Below, piece after piece: positions 50,619 through 61,239 of a stretch of DNA of 64,000 nucleotides (the first letter of the stretch is position 1; each line of letters opens with the position of its first letter). The translations under genes and the position numbers were made by a program. The stretch spans positions 544,001-608,000 of the forward strand of contig CAVPSB010000018.1 in the NCBI GenBank assembly GCA_963708025.1, written 5' to 3'. Below the pieces are notes generated by a model that was not told the origin of the DNA, ran no database searches, and saw nothing but the letters and a program-made list of their open reading frames with translations. The stretch comes from an uncultured Candidatus Rokubacteria bacterium. Lineage in GTDB: Bacteria; Methylomirabilota; Methylomirabilia; Rokubacteriales; DASRDR01.

Positions 50619-51085
50619 GATGGTCGTTGCCCTCTGCCGGTTTGCGTGCCAGGTCGCACGACGGAGGCGCGCGACGGTGTGGTGCCCATGATCGCTGATA
50701 CGACGTCGGCCCACGGAGGGGGCCGGCACCCAGACCGGTTCAGTGGCATCTGGATCGCCGCGGGGGCCCTGATCGATGACTCGCGATCTGCCCGTCATGG
50801 CTCGGCCACCCCGGAGCGTGCGCGCTCCCGGCGGGGTGGCGGAGGGCTGACGGACCGCGTGACGAACCGGGCTCGAGAGCAATCATCGTCTACCGGCCAA
50901 GTGCCGGCGTGGGCAGGAGAACCGGCGGCCATCCGTCGGGCTGAAGCTGTTGGTCGATCTCGGCAACCAGCCGCGTCCTGAGCGCCCCGACGTCCGGCAC
51001 GACCGCCGGCGCCCGCTGAGTGAGGAGGCCGGTCTGGCATGCCTTCCGAAACGGTGCCCGCATCCATCCTCCCGGCCGCGGCGCG

Positions 51086-51448
51086 TCAGCGCGGGCCTGC
51101 CCTGCGCGACTCGGCGCGTCGCTGTTCGGCACGGATCTCTTCGAGCAGGGCTCGCGCACTCGCGAGGCGCCCGCTGAAAATCTGACGCGCAACGTCCAGG
51201 AGCTGAAACAGCCGCGCGTCTCGGACGCGATAGCGCACGATGCTCCCATGTTTCATGGTTTCGACGATCCCCTGGCTCCGCAGCACCGCCAGTTGCTGTG
51301 ACACGACGGACTGATCGAGACTCAGATCATGCTGGAGCTTGCTGACGCTCGCGTCCTCGGTGCGGAGCCTCTCGAGGATGGCAATTCGTGTCGGATGAGC
51401 AAGGGCCTTGAAGAAGTCCGCCATGAACGGCCGAAGGGCCTGAGCCAT
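51086..51448 (-). CDS. ArsR/SmtB family regulator
   Basis: FFKALAHPTRIAIL, VSQQLAVLR, GSIVRY. Confidence 0.9.
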   Translation of the reverse strand: MAQALRPFMADFFKALAHPTRIAILERLRTEDASVSKLQHDLSLDQSVVSQQLAVLRSQGIVETMKHGSIVRYRVRDARLFQLLDVARQIFSGRLASARALLEEIRAEQRRAESRRAGPR

Positions 51449-51984
51449 ATGTAGATCTCCGCGGTTTACGCTCAGCGGTCCACCGCGGGGGGGCCGTCGC
51501 TGCAAGGAAGCATCCCTCTCGTATGGGGAGGCCCCGTGAAGGAAGGCCGAGCCATGAGGGCGGGGTCCTTTACCGTGGCACCACGAAAAGCGTCGCGGTC
51601 ATGGTCGGCGCGTGCGTCGAAGACCGGGCTCGAGGGCTGATGATCCGGTGACCGAGGAGCTTTGATTTCGTGGTCCTCGTCGGCGCGATGTAACTCCTGC
51701 TCCGGTGGGGGTCGTGACGATCGAGCCTTCCGCGTCGCATTCGCGATCCTCGGGCTTGTCGCCGGGGCGGTCTTCGCGCGGCCGCGTGAGCGGCTGATCA
51801 CGAGCCAGGGTCTTCGCGCTGGCGAGCCTCCCGGCTCTCGTCGCGGTGCTGGTCCGTGTTCCAGGGCGAACTCCGTCACGCCCTGGCGCGGCTCGATGTC
51901 GTCCGCCGCCGCCCGGGCGCGACCGAATGGCTTGTGCAAGTGATCCGCACGGCGGCGTTCTTCTGAGACGATGAGCCCGGACCG

Positions 51985-52725
51985 CTACGGGGCGCTCCAC
52001 ACGACCCGCCCCGATTCGTCCAGAAAGGCCAGCCCCGGCCCGGCGTCGGCGACCACACCGAGCTCGACCCTGGTGCGGCCCTGCGGGTCGTAGAAGCCCA
52101 GCGTCGCGACGCCATCCGCCGAGACGCCCAGACCGAGGCGGGGTGTCTCGTCCTTCTGGGCGAACGCCAGGTAGGCCGAGCCATCGGGCCGCACGGCGAG
52201 CTCGACCCGCGTTTTGCCGCTGGGGTCCGTGAGCGCCAGGCTGAGCGCGCCGTTGGCACCGACGAGGAGGACAACGCGGGGTTTGCCACGCTGGTCGGCG
52301 AACGCGAGGGTCGGCGAGCCATCGGCGCGCAGGCTCAGCTCCACGTGGGTCCGACCGTCGGTGTCCGCCAATCCGAGCGTCGGCGTCCCATCGCGTCGCA
52401 GCGCCAATTCCGCCCGCGTCTTCCCGTCCTTGTCGACGAGGCCGAGGCTCGGGGTCCCGTCCTCGCGCATGCCGAGCGCGGCACGCACCTTGCCGGCTTC
52501 ATCGAGAATCCCGAGGGCGGGCGTGCCATCCGCCCGTACGGCCAGAGCGGCGCGCCGCCTGCCCGACGCGTCCACGAGCACGAAGCTTTCGGCCGAGATG
52601 ACTCTGGCCGTGGGATTCGGCGCCGTTGGGCCCGCGAGCAACATGGCACCGAGCACGATGGCTGCGCCAACGGCGAGGCGTCCTCGTCTCCTCCACCCCG
52701 CTGTGAGCATCCCGTTCTCAGCCAT
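51985..52725 (-). CDS. Membrane-anchored or exported 23-aa beta-repeat protein
   Basis: Hydrophobic N-terminus, then about 8 repeats like SLGLVDKDGKTRAELALRRDGTP. Confidence 0.8.
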   Translation of the reverse strand: MAENGMLTAGWRRRGRLAVGAAIVLGAMLLAGPTAPNPTARVISAESFVLVDASGRRRAALAVRADGTPALGILDEAGKVRAALGMREDGTPSLGLVDKDGKTRAELALRRDGTPTLGLADTDGRTHVELSLRADGSPTLAFADQRGKPRVVLLVGANGALSLALTDPSGKTRVELAVRPDGSAYLAFAQKDETPRLGLGVSADGVATLGFYDPQGRTRVELGVVADAGPGLAFLDESGRVVWSAP

Positions 52726-52800
52726 CCGCCGACCATCCCTTGTTCCGCGCGCACGACACTCGACAGCAGCCCGCGCAATCACCTCGCCCGCCATGCGGGA

Positions 52801-54598
52801 TCATGGCTCGTCAAGGAGCGGGCGCAAGTCCGCCGGGATCTCCGGCAGTGGCGCTTGTGTCGCTGTCAGCCGCTGCTCGGCTCGCCGCGCAAGGATGTTG
52901 ACCTTGGAGAAGTGACCGTCAGGCCTTGGATAATCGGCCCGCGTATGGCCGCCGCGACTCTCGCGTCGTTCCAGGGCCGCGAGGGTCACGGCCTCCGACA
53001 CCGTCAGGAGCGCGTGGAGGTCCAACGCGAGATGCCACCCGGGGTTGTAGCAGGCGCTTCCGACCACCGCCACCTGCTTGGCACGGTCCTTCAATCGGTC
53101 CAGTCGTTGCAAGGCCTCCTTCAGCTCGGCTTCTGTGCGGACGATGCCGACCAGTTCCTGCATCAGCGCCTGAAGGTCCTGCTGGATCGCGTACGGATTC
53201 TCCCCGGTCTTGCGCTCAAAGGGGGTTCGGAGCTCATGGACGACGGCGTCGATGAGCCCATCGTCCAGGCTGGCGTGACCACGCCACGCTGCGGCATACT
53301 GCGCCGCCGCGACTCCGGCGCGGCGGCCGAAGACCAGGAGATCCGACAGGGAGTTGCCGCCGAGGCGGTTGGCCCCATGTAACCCACCGGCGATCTCACC
53401 CGCGGCGAACAGGCCGGGCACCCCAGTGGCCGTGGTGTCGGCGTCCACCCGCACCCCGCCGTTCATGTAGTGGGCCGTGGGCCCGACCTCCATGGGGTCC
53501 CGGGTGATGTTGACGCCGGCGAGCTCCATGAACTGGTGATACATGGAGGGCAGCCGTCGCCGAATGTACTCGGCGGGACGCCGCGACGCGATGTCGAGGT
53601 ACACGCCGCCGTGCGGGCTCCCGCGTCCGCCCTTGACCTCGGCGTTGATCGCGCGCCACCTCGTCGCGGGGGAGCAGGTCCGGCGTGCGCCGGGCGCTCT
53701 TCTTGTCCGTATACCAGCGGTCGGCCTCCGCCTCCGTCTCAGCCGTTTCGGTGCGGAAGTACTCGGGAATGTACCCGAACATGAACCGCTCGCCCTTGCT
53801 GTTCTTCAGCGTGCCGCCGTCGCCGCGCACACCCTCGGTCACCAGGATGCCGCGGACGCTGGGTGGCCACACCATGCCGGTTGGGTGGAACCGATAGCAC
53901 TCCATGTTGATGAGGTCAGCCCCGGCCTCGAGCGCCAGCGTCACGCCGTCCCCCGTGCACTCCCAGGAGTTGGAGCTGAATTGCCAGGCTTTGCCGATTC
54001 CACCGGTGGCCAGGATCACGGCCTTGGCGTGGAAGATCACGAACCGGCCGGTCGGCCGATGGTATCCGAAGGCGCCGGCGATGCGGCCGTCATCCGTGAG
54101 CAGCCGCGCGATGGTGTACTCTATGAAGACATCGATGCCACGGTGCACCACGTGCTGCTGCAGCGTGCGGATCATCTCGAGCCCGGTCCGATCCCCGACA
54201 TGCACCAAGCGCGCGTAGCGGTGGCCGCCGAAGTCGCGCTGCAGGATCCGTCCGTCTTTGGTGCGGTCGAAGAGCGCCCCCCAGCGCTCGAGTTCCAGCA
54301 CGCGGTCCGGCGACTCTTGGGCGTGCAGCTGCGCCATTCGCCAGTTGTTGAGCAGCTTGCCGCCGCGCATCGTATCCCGGAAGTGAACCTGCCAGTTGTC
54401 CTCGGGATACACGTTTCCCAGCGCGGCCGCAATCCCGCCCTCGGCCATCACCGTATGGGCCTTCCCGAGGAGCGACTTGCAGACGAGAGCAGTCCGGGCG
54501 CCCGCGGCGGCCGCTTCGATCGCGGCCCGGAGCCCGGCGCCGCCCGCGCCCAAGACGAGGACGTCATAGGCGTGGTGCTCGCACTCGGCTCGACTCAT
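52801..54598 (-). CDS. sdhA: Succinate dehydrogenase/fumarate reductase flavoprotein, frameshift near 53652
   Basis: GAGGAG, AHTVMAEGG, FHPT, TEGVRGDGG, LLPRDEVAR, HYMNGG, HGANRLGGNSL, RESRGGH. Confidence 0.88.
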
Positions 54599-54937
54599 GC
54601 GATGAGCGCGCCTCTGCCCGATCGACGCATGCGCGGCGTCTTCCTCACACGGGGAGCATGGCCCTCCGCCAGTCCCACGTGACAGCCGGGACTGTCGCTC
54701 GAAGACGACGGCGTCGAGCGCGACGGCCCACCCGGTGACGCACGTGGCGAGCCAGGAATGGATACTGTCCGCCGCGGCCGTCCAGGCCGCCCAAGGCCAG
54801 GAGCGTCCGGCCGGTGTCGAATGTGACGTCATCGGTCTGATACCTGCGCATCGCGGCCTGCCTCTCAAGAAAGGGTACATTCCCGTTGCTGGCCCGCGAG
54901 TCCTCTGGACCCGACCCCCCGGGCGTCGGCGTGTCTA

Positions 54938-55171
54938 TCACGCGGCCTTGGAGGCCAGGCGCACGCTGACGCCTGCGGCTCGCATGGCGGCCGCAATCGC
55001 GTCCACGGCGCTCGGCGTCTCGATTCGCAGGAGTGCGAACTCGCTCCGGGCGCCGCGGTCGGTCCGCGGCAGGCTCGCCGTCTGAACCACGTGGGGCGGT
55101 AGTACGGAGAGGATCTCGACGAGTCGCCCCGCAACCGGGTCGATCCACTGCATCTCGAGCATGTAGTCCAT
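54938..55171 (-). CDS. Small hypothetical protein
   Basis: 77 aa MDYMLEMQWID...AGVSVRL with AAGGGA RBS; alternating beta/alpha pattern. Confidence 0.5.
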   Translation of the reverse strand: MDYMLEMQWIDPVAGRLVEILSVLPPHVVQTASLPRTDRGARSEFALLRIETPSAVDAIAAAMRAAGVSVRLASKAA

Positions 55172-55256
55172 GCGGCTTCTTCCCTTCTGACTTGCCCGAG
55201 GCCCGAGAAGGACGAGCTCCCGCCCTTCCCGGGCGCACGGGCTCCCAAGGCGACCG

Positions 55257-55385
55257 CTACCGCTCCGCGGCTTGCGCCGGCTGTGGCGGCGCGGGGGCCG
55301 GGGCGGGAGGCGGGGGTACGGGCTGCGCGCCGCCACCCGGCTGAGGTTCCCGCGGCGGCTTGGACCGGATCTTCTTTCCTCCCAT
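55257..55385 (-). CDS. 42-aa basic, Pro-rich peptide (not in the ORF track)
   Basis: MGGKKIRSKPPREPQPGGGAQPVPPPPAPAPAPPQPAQAAER; GGAGGTG RBS; first ORF below a sigma54 promoter. Confidence 0.6.
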   Translation of the reverse strand: MGGKKIRSKPPREPQPGGGAQPVPPPPAPAPAPPQPAQAAER

Positions 55386-55435
55386 GCTCTTGGTCACCTC
55401 CCTTCGTCAGCGACACTCCTCGGGATGTTCAGAGG

Positions 55436-55531
55436 AGCAAGGGCTCTGCCACGCCCGAAAACGCCAGGGAGCGTTGATGCTTGCACTCCCACCTGGTGGG
55501 CGGCCGCGACGGCCGACCGCAACTCTTGCAG
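55436..55531 (-). promoter_or_regulatory. Sigma54 promoter plus palindrome
   Basis: TGGCAGAGCCCTTGCT (55451-55436, minus); CCGCAACTCTTGCAG at 55517-31. Confidence 0.78.
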
Positions 55532-55682
55532 TCCCGGCCTCAGCACGGCTTGGCCGGTACCGGGGGTCATCACGGGGGCCGAGAGGCGCCGATGGATGGC
55601 CGTTCTCAGACGCCATCACGGCCGGGCCTTGGGACCGCGGAGAACGCGATGGAGAGCGCCCGCAGCCCGCCAGCCTCGCCGA

Positions 55683-55779
55683 CTGCAGGATTTGCGGTCG
55701 CGGGTGGGGGCTTGGACGCCGCGCGTGTCAAATCGGCGACGCAGCATGCGCACATAGCGGGTTTGGTACGCCCGGTGCT
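55683..55779 (+). promoter_or_regulatory. Palindrome plus sigma54 promoter
   Basis: CTGCAGGATTTGCGG at 55683-97; TGGTACGCCCGGTGCT at 55764-79. Confidence 0.65.
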
Positions 55780-55845
55780 TCTGTCATCGCGTGCCGTGGT
55801 GTGGGACGTGGACGATTCCCTGCGGACAGAGAGGAGAGTGGCAGC

Positions 55846-56241
55846 ATGAAGACCGTTGGCGTGTTGGTAGTGGCGTTGGCGGTGGGCTTGACCAGCGCAG
55901 CGTGGTCGCAGTCGGCTCAGGGACCCGCCAAGACGGACCCGGCCAAGGCGGCGCCCTCGGCATCGCCCCCCAGCGAGGTCAAGAAGGCGCCCGAGAAGCT
56001 GACGATGGTGAGCGGCAAGGTGAAATCGGTCGGGCCGAACGCGCTGGTCGTCCAGGTGGCGGGCAAGACGCCGAAGGAACTGACGTTTGACCTGACGGGC
56101 ACGGCCATCAAGGCTGGCGGCAAGGACGCCGCGTCCACCGACCTGAAGGACGGCGACGAGGTCCGGGTCGGGTACATGGAAGCGGACGGAAAGCTGGTCG
56201 CCAAGACCGTGAGCGCGAAGGCCGCGAAGGTGAAGAAGTAG
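55846..56241 (+). CDS. Secreted small beta-barrel (OB-fold/DUF5666-like) protein
   Basis: Signal peptide, SGKVKSV, DLKDGDEVRVGY, VAKTV; GAGGAG RBS. Confidence 0.8.
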   Translation: MKTVGVLVVALAVGLTSAAWSQSAQGPAKTDPAKAAPSASPPSEVKKAPEKLTMVSGKVKSVGPNALVVQVAGKTPKELTFDLTGTAIKAGGKDAASTDLKDGDEVRVGYMEADGKLVAKTVSAKAAKVKK

Positions 56242-56580
56242 CCCGCAGCACTCGCCGCAGCCCGACTCCTGGCCCCGGGGGCCTCGCCGGGCGTCAGGGT
56301 TCGGGCCGCGGCGTCGCGGCGACATGAAGTATCCGCCTCGCCAGGAGTTGACTGGCGGGGCCAAGGCCGGCGCCGACATGGATGTGAGCGTCATCGGCCG
56401 GGCGCACGCGCTGGTCGGGTTCGGGCCCCGTCAGCGGGCAGCGGCTCGCCGGCGCTTGTCGGGCCCAAGATGCCCTCGTCGTGTGGTGGGTCGCGCCGAA
56501 CACGGGACGGCGTCCGTGCCGGGAGGTCGGCCGGCGTCGCCGTTCAGTACGCGCTAATCCGGCGCAGGGAGGACGCGTGG

Positions 56581-57819
56581 GTGGCTCCTAAGGAACGGCG
56601 TCCCCGGGTTGTCGGCGTCACGGGCTGCGCGCCGCTGGCCGCGGTGACGACGGAGCACGGGTCCGAGGCCGAGCAGCTGGCTCAGCATTTGCGATTCCTG
56701 GCCGACCATCTCGGGGCCCGGCCGGTCGGCAGTGCGGAAGCGTCGCGGGCCGCCCGCTACCTTCGTGACGCGATCGTGAGTCTCGGCTTCACCCCGGAGG
56801 TCCAGGCATTCTCCGTGACCCTTCGCCTCGGTCGCCAGGCTCGGTTGCGGAGGGCGGACGGCCGCTCCCTCCCCTGTCAGGCGGCGCTCGGTTCGTTCGG
56901 CACGCGAGCGGTTCTGCGAGGCGTGCCGCGGCTCGTGACCGAGAGCGAGCGGCGGGCGTGGCCGGCCGCCGTGGCCCCCGCGAACACCTTCGCCGTCTGC
57001 CCGATCGATCGCGACGGGGAGGCCGCGGCCGTGACCGGCGCGGTGCAGGGAGGGGCGAGCGCGGTCCTCCTCTACCGGGAGCGGACACCGGAGCTCTACT
57101 CGGCCGCCATTCCGGACGGTGGGCTCCCGGTTCCGTGCGTCACGATTCGGCCGGCCGATGGGCTGCACCTGGTCGCCGAAGGGCGAGACGTCGAGCTGAG
57201 CGTCGAGACAGAGCGACGGACCGCCCTCGGTGAAAACCTGATCGTCCAATTCGGACAGGGGGGACGCCCGCTGTTGTTCCTCGCCAACTACGACTCGCGG
57301 CCCGGTACGCCCGGCGCGTATCAGAACGGCTCGGGCGTGGTGGCCTTGGTGGGCCTGCTCACGCGACTCCGGGGCTGGCAGGGCCACGAAGTGCTGGTGG
57401 GATTCCTTGGTGGAGACGACCCCACCGCCGCAGGCTCGCGACACTGTCGCGACGTGGTGCAGGCGACGCACGTGCCGCCGAGCCTGCGAGGCATCGTCTA
57501 CGTGTCGGCCGTCGGGACGAACAGCCTGGCAGCGGTGCCCGGTGACTCGGCGAAGTCTCCCCGGTTGGCGGAGGTCGCGCGACGAGCAGTCACGGCGGAC
57601 GGTTTGACTGTGGGAGATCCTGGAGTGCTCGCGGCCAACGCGGCGGCGGCCGCTCGGCTCTGGGGGTGTCCCGTGGTGACGCTGACCGGTCCCCGCTTGC
57701 CCCTCGAACACACCGGGCTCGACCGACCGGATCTCGTGAGTCCTCGCGGCTTGGCGCGGGTAGTGTCCGTGCTCGAACGCCTCGCTCGGATCCCGGACGG
57801 TGCCGGTTCGGCGACCTAG
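56581..57819 (+). CDS. M28 peptidase-like protein with PA domain and degenerate metal site
   Basis: GARPVGS, ENLIV, ANYDS, PGAYQNGSG, EHTGLD. Confidence 0.75.
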   Translation: MAPKERRPRVVGVTGCAPLAAVTTEHGSEAEQLAQHLRFLADHLGARPVGSAEASRAARYLRDAIVSLGFTPEVQAFSVTLRLGRQARLRRADGRSLPCQAALGSFGTRAVLRGVPRLVTESERRAWPAAVAPANTFAVCPIDRDGEAAAVTGAVQGGASAVLLYRERTPELYSAAIPDGGLPVPCVTIRPADGLHLVAEGRDVELSVETERRTALGENLIVQFGQGGRPLLFLANYDSRPGTPGAYQNGSGVVALVGLLTRLRGWQGHEVLVGFLGGDDPTAAGSRHCRDVVQATHVPPSLRGIVYVSAVGTNSLAAVPGDSAKSPRLAEVARRAVTADGLTVGDPGVLAANAAAAARLWGCPVVTLTGPRLPLEHTGLDRPDLVSPRGLARVVSVLERLARIPDGAGSAT

Positions 57820-58242
57820 CGCGAGCGGCAGGGGGGAGGCGGGCTGACGCGAAGCCCGTTGTCGCGCGACGTTGGACAGCTCCCGATGTCCGGGGGGGAG
57901 CAGTAGGGCGGGTCCCCCGGATCGACGGCTGGACGCCGGCGCCGTGTGGCGATCTCCTCTCTCTGTGGCTGCTCGTGGTCGGCTCCTGGCCGCTCGGCTG
58001 ACCTGGGAGGCCGCGGTGTCGCACGCGCATCGACCGTCTTGGGCCGTATTAGACCAGGCGTGGCGTCCGGAGCCGCGTGGCCACGTGGCGCGGAGCCGCC
58101 AGCGGGGACGCGTCGCCGTGGCCCAGCCACGTTTCCGCGTGACTGCCAGAGTGCTAGAGTGCGGAGGATGACGAAGTGCCGTTCCCGAACGCCGTCTCGG
58201 ATCGATGGGCCGCGGGGCGGTGGCCGGAGGCTGGTCTAGCCC

Positions 58243-59616
58243 ATGCTCCGTCCGGCGCCGGCCCGCTCACTTCTGGGATACGTCCCGCTCCGCTTGGCCG
58301 CGTCGGTCTTTCTCCTCTTCGCCTTGCTTCTCGCGGCCGCCGTCGGGGTCGGCATCCAGTTCGAACGGCACTCCCTCGTGAGTTCCGGCGCCATTGCGTC
58401 GCCCGGGGATCTCCGCGCTGGCCTCACGTGGAACGATGCGCTGAAGATCGTGACGATTCTCCTGACGCTCGCCGCTGCCGCCATCGTGCTGTTCACCACG
58501 TTTCAGAACTACCGATCGGCCACCCAGACGTTTGAGCGCGTCAAGGCCCTCATGCGGAACGTGTTGGAAAGCATCCCGACCGGCGTGTTGACGCTGGACT
58601 CCGACGGGGTGGTCACCTCGCTCAACACCGCCGCCGAACGCCTGCTCGGGGTTCGGGCCTCGATGGTCGTCGGCCGCCCGTTGGAAGACGCGCTCCAGCG
58701 AGCGGCCGAACTCGCCGCCTGGGTGCGCGCGGCACTGTGCGGCCAGGGACTCGTCCAGGAGAGCGACCTGTCCGTGTCGGGCGCCGAGAGTCGCCGGCTG
58801 ATTGTGCGCGTGTCGGCTGCTGAACTCCGTGACGAATCGAGTCGGTCCGACGGACTGGTCGTCCTCCTCCGCGACGTTACCGAGGTCAGCCGGCTCGAGC
58901 TTCAGCTCCGGCGAGCGGACAAGCTCGCCGCGCTCGGCACGCTAGCCGCCGGGGTGGCCCATGAGGTGAAGAACCCACTGCACGCCCTGAGCCTGAATCT
59001 GCACCTGCTGGTCCAAGAGCTCGGGGCGCCCCAGCCGGCCAAGGGGGAGCTCGAGGATTATCTCGGGATTCTTCGGTCGGAGATCGAGCGCATTCACCAG
59101 ATCGTGGAGAACTTCCTCCGCTTTTCGAAGCCCTCGATTCCGGAAGTGAAGCCGCTCGATCTCAACGCGCTTGCCGAGCGGGTGCTCAGTCTCGTCGCGT
59201 TCGAAGCGGCGGGGCACCGGGTCGGGATCCAGACCGAGTTTGACCCCGAGCTCGACCCGATCGCTGGCGACGAAGGCCAGCTCGCCCAGGTCGTCCTCAA
59301 TCTCGTGATCAACGCCCTGCAGGCCATGCCGGCCGGCGGGAATCTGGCGCTCGCGACGCGGCGCGACAATGGCTGGGCGGCGCTCACGGTGAGGGATACT
59401 GGCGAGGGCATCCCGCACGAGGTCATTCCGCAGATTTTCGACCCGTACTTCACCACCCGGCCGGGCGGGTCCGGGCTCGGGTTGGCGATTGCCCACCGGA
59501 TCATCGAAGGCCACCACGGCACCATTGACGTCGACAGCAAGGCGGGCCTGGGGACGACCATGGTCGTCCGCCTCCCGCTGGCCGGTGGGCCCATGCCGGC
59601 CGCGAGGAGCGCCTGA
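58243..59616 (+). CDS. PAS sensor histidine kinase
   Basis: Two transmembrane segments, PAS (LNTAAERLLG), AHEVKNPL, NLVINA, DTGEGI, FDPYFTT, GSGLGL. Confidence 0.96.
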   Translation: MLRPAPARSLLGYVPLRLAASVFLLFALLLAAAVGVGIQFERHSLVSSGAIASPGDLRAGLTWNDALKIVTILLTLAAAAIVLFTTFQNYRSATQTFERVKALMRNVLESIPTGVLTLDSDGVVTSLNTAAERLLGVRASMVVGRPLEDALQRAAELAAWVRAALCGQGLVQESDLSVSGAESRRLIVRVSAAELRDESSRSDGLVVLLRDVTEVSRLELQLRRADKLAALGTLAAGVAHEVKNPLHALSLNLHLLVQELGAPQPAKGELEDYLGILRSEIERIHQIVENFLRFSKPSIPEVKPLDLNALAERVLSLVAFEAAGHRVGIQTEFDPELDPIAGDEGQLAQVVLNLVINALQAMPAGGNLALATRRDNGWAALTVRDTGEGIPHEVIPQIFDPYFTTRPGGSGLGLAIAHRIIEGHHGTIDVDSKAGLGTTMVVRLPLAGGPMPAARSA

Positions 59617-61019
59617 TGCGAGGCAACGTCCTGGTCGTCGACGATGAGCTGAACATTCGGACCGCGCTGGGGAAGATACTCGAGAAAGCCGGTCACGCGG
59701 TCGTGGTGGCGGAGAGCGGAGACCAGGCACTGAGCCGGCTCCACGAGACGTCGTGTGACGTCGTTCTCACGGATCTCAAGATGGTGGGCGCTGGCGGCCT
59801 GGACGTCCTGCGTGCTGTCAAGCAGCGACAGCCGGAGGCCGAAGTGATTCTGTTGACGGCGTTCGGCACGATCGACAGCGCCGTCGAAGCGATGAAGATC
59901 GGGGCGTACGACTACCTGACCAAGCCGACCGACCCCGAACGGCTCGTCCACGTGGTGGCGAAGGCGCTCGAGCACAAGGCGCTGCGTGAGGAAGTCCGTC
60001 AGTTGCGCGAGCGCATCGCGGAGCGCGAGGCGTTCGAACACATCGTGGGACGAAGTCTCCGGATGCGCGAGGTCTACGAGCGGGTCCGCCAGGTCGCCTC
60101 GACGACCGCGACCGTGCTCATCAGCGGCGAGTCCGGGACCGGCAAGGAGCTGGTGGCCCGGGCCATTCACAACCGCAGTGCCCGGAAAAGCGGACCGTTC
60201 GTGACGTTGAACTGCGGGGCGCTGCCGGAGACCCTCCTCGAGTCCGAGCTCTTCGGCCATGAGCGCGGCGCGTTCACCGGCGCGCTGGCGACGAAGGCCG
60301 GGCGGATCGAGCAGGCCGACGGCGGCACGCTGTTCCTGGACGAAGTGGGCGAGATGAGCGCCAAGACCCAGGTGGACTTTCTTCGGGTCCTCCAGGAACG
60401 GGAGTTCCGTCGAGTCGGGGGGACGCATCCGCTCACGGTGGATGTTCGGTTCATCGCGGCGACCAACAAAGAGCTGGAGGCGGCCGTCAAGGGGGGGGCA
60501 TTCCGCGAGGACCTGTATTATCGGCTCGCCGTGGTGCCGATCACCCTGCCGCCGCTCCGCGAACGAACGGAAGACCTCCCCGTGCTGGCGACCGCGTTTC
60601 TCCGGGAGTTCTGCACCCGGTACGATCGCGCGGAGAAGTCCTTCTCGGCGCCGACGTTCCAGGCGCTCCGCGAGTATGCGTGGCCCGGCAACGTCCGCGA
60701 GCTCCGGAATCTCGTCGAGCGGCTCGTCGTCACGGTCCCCGATCGGGTGGTCCGTCCCCTCCACCTCCCCTCCACGATCCTGACGGGCGAACGCCCGGAG
60801 CACAGTGTCACGATCCCGTTGGGCATGCCCCTCCACGTCGTCGAGGAACAGGTGATCCGCCGAACCCTCGGCGCGATCACCGCGAACCGGGAGCGGGCCG
60901 CCAAGGTCCTCGGCATCAGCCCGCGCGCTCTGCACTACAAGCTGCGGCGGTATGGGATCGAGAAGTTGCCGCGCGAGCGATCCGAGGAGGAAGAGTCGCC
61001 CCAGCGGCCCCAGCCGTAG
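59616..61019 (+). CDS. Sigma54-dependent response regulator (NtrC/AtoC family)
   Basis: Receiver, [38 protein letters not shown], Fis-type HTH. Confidence 0.98.
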   Translation: MRGNVLVVDDELNIRTALGKILEKAGHAVVVAESGDQALSRLHETSCDVVLTDLKMVGAGGLDVLRAVKQRQPEAEVILLTAFGTIDSAVEAMKIGAYDYLTKPTDPERLVHVVAKALEHKALREEVRQLRERIAEREAFEHIVGRSLRMREVYERVRQVASTTATVLISGESGTGKELVARAIHNRSARKSGPFVTLNCGALPETLLESELFGHERGAFTGALATKAGRIEQADGGTLFLDEVGEMSAKTQVDFLRVLQEREFRRVGGTHPLTVDVRFIAATNKELEAAVKGGAFREDLYYRLAVVPITLPPLRERTEDLPVLATAFLREFCTRYDRAEKSFSAPTFQALREYAWPGNVRELRNLVERLVVTVPDRVVRPLHLPSTILTGERPEHSVTIPLGMPLHVVEEQVIRRTLGAITANRERAAKVLGISPRALHYKLRRYGIEKLPRERSEEEESPQRPQP

Positions 61020-61092
61020 GGCCTGGGTTCCAGACTGAGGCGAACGTCCCCGTTTCTCCGCGTGCCTCGGCCCAGCGGGCCCCTCCGGCACA

Positions 61093-61220
61093 CTGCAACT
61101 CTTGCGGTTCGACCGCCACCTCCGCCGGGTGGGTCGCCCGTTCGGCGCGCCTCCCGACGGACTAAGCCGCTGTCTCGCTGAGGGTTTCTGGCCCCTCGTC
61201 CTCGCAGGCACGCGAATTGC
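61093..61220 (+). promoter_or_regulatory. Palindrome plus sigma54 promoter
   Basis: CTGCAACTCTTGCGG at 61093-107; AGGCACGCGAATTGC at 61206-220. Confidence 0.75.
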
Positions 61221-61239
61221 CGTGCAGACGAACGAGGCC

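Noticed and set aside
51501-51516. Sigma54 promoter for the ArsR gene (GGGATGCTTCCTTGCA, minus strand)
   Set aside because: Spacing fits, but the -24 match is poor and I found no enhancer palindrome nearby.
56324-56557. 77-aa ORF between the secreted protein and the M28-like gene
   Set aside because: No RBS, motif or convincing codon bias.
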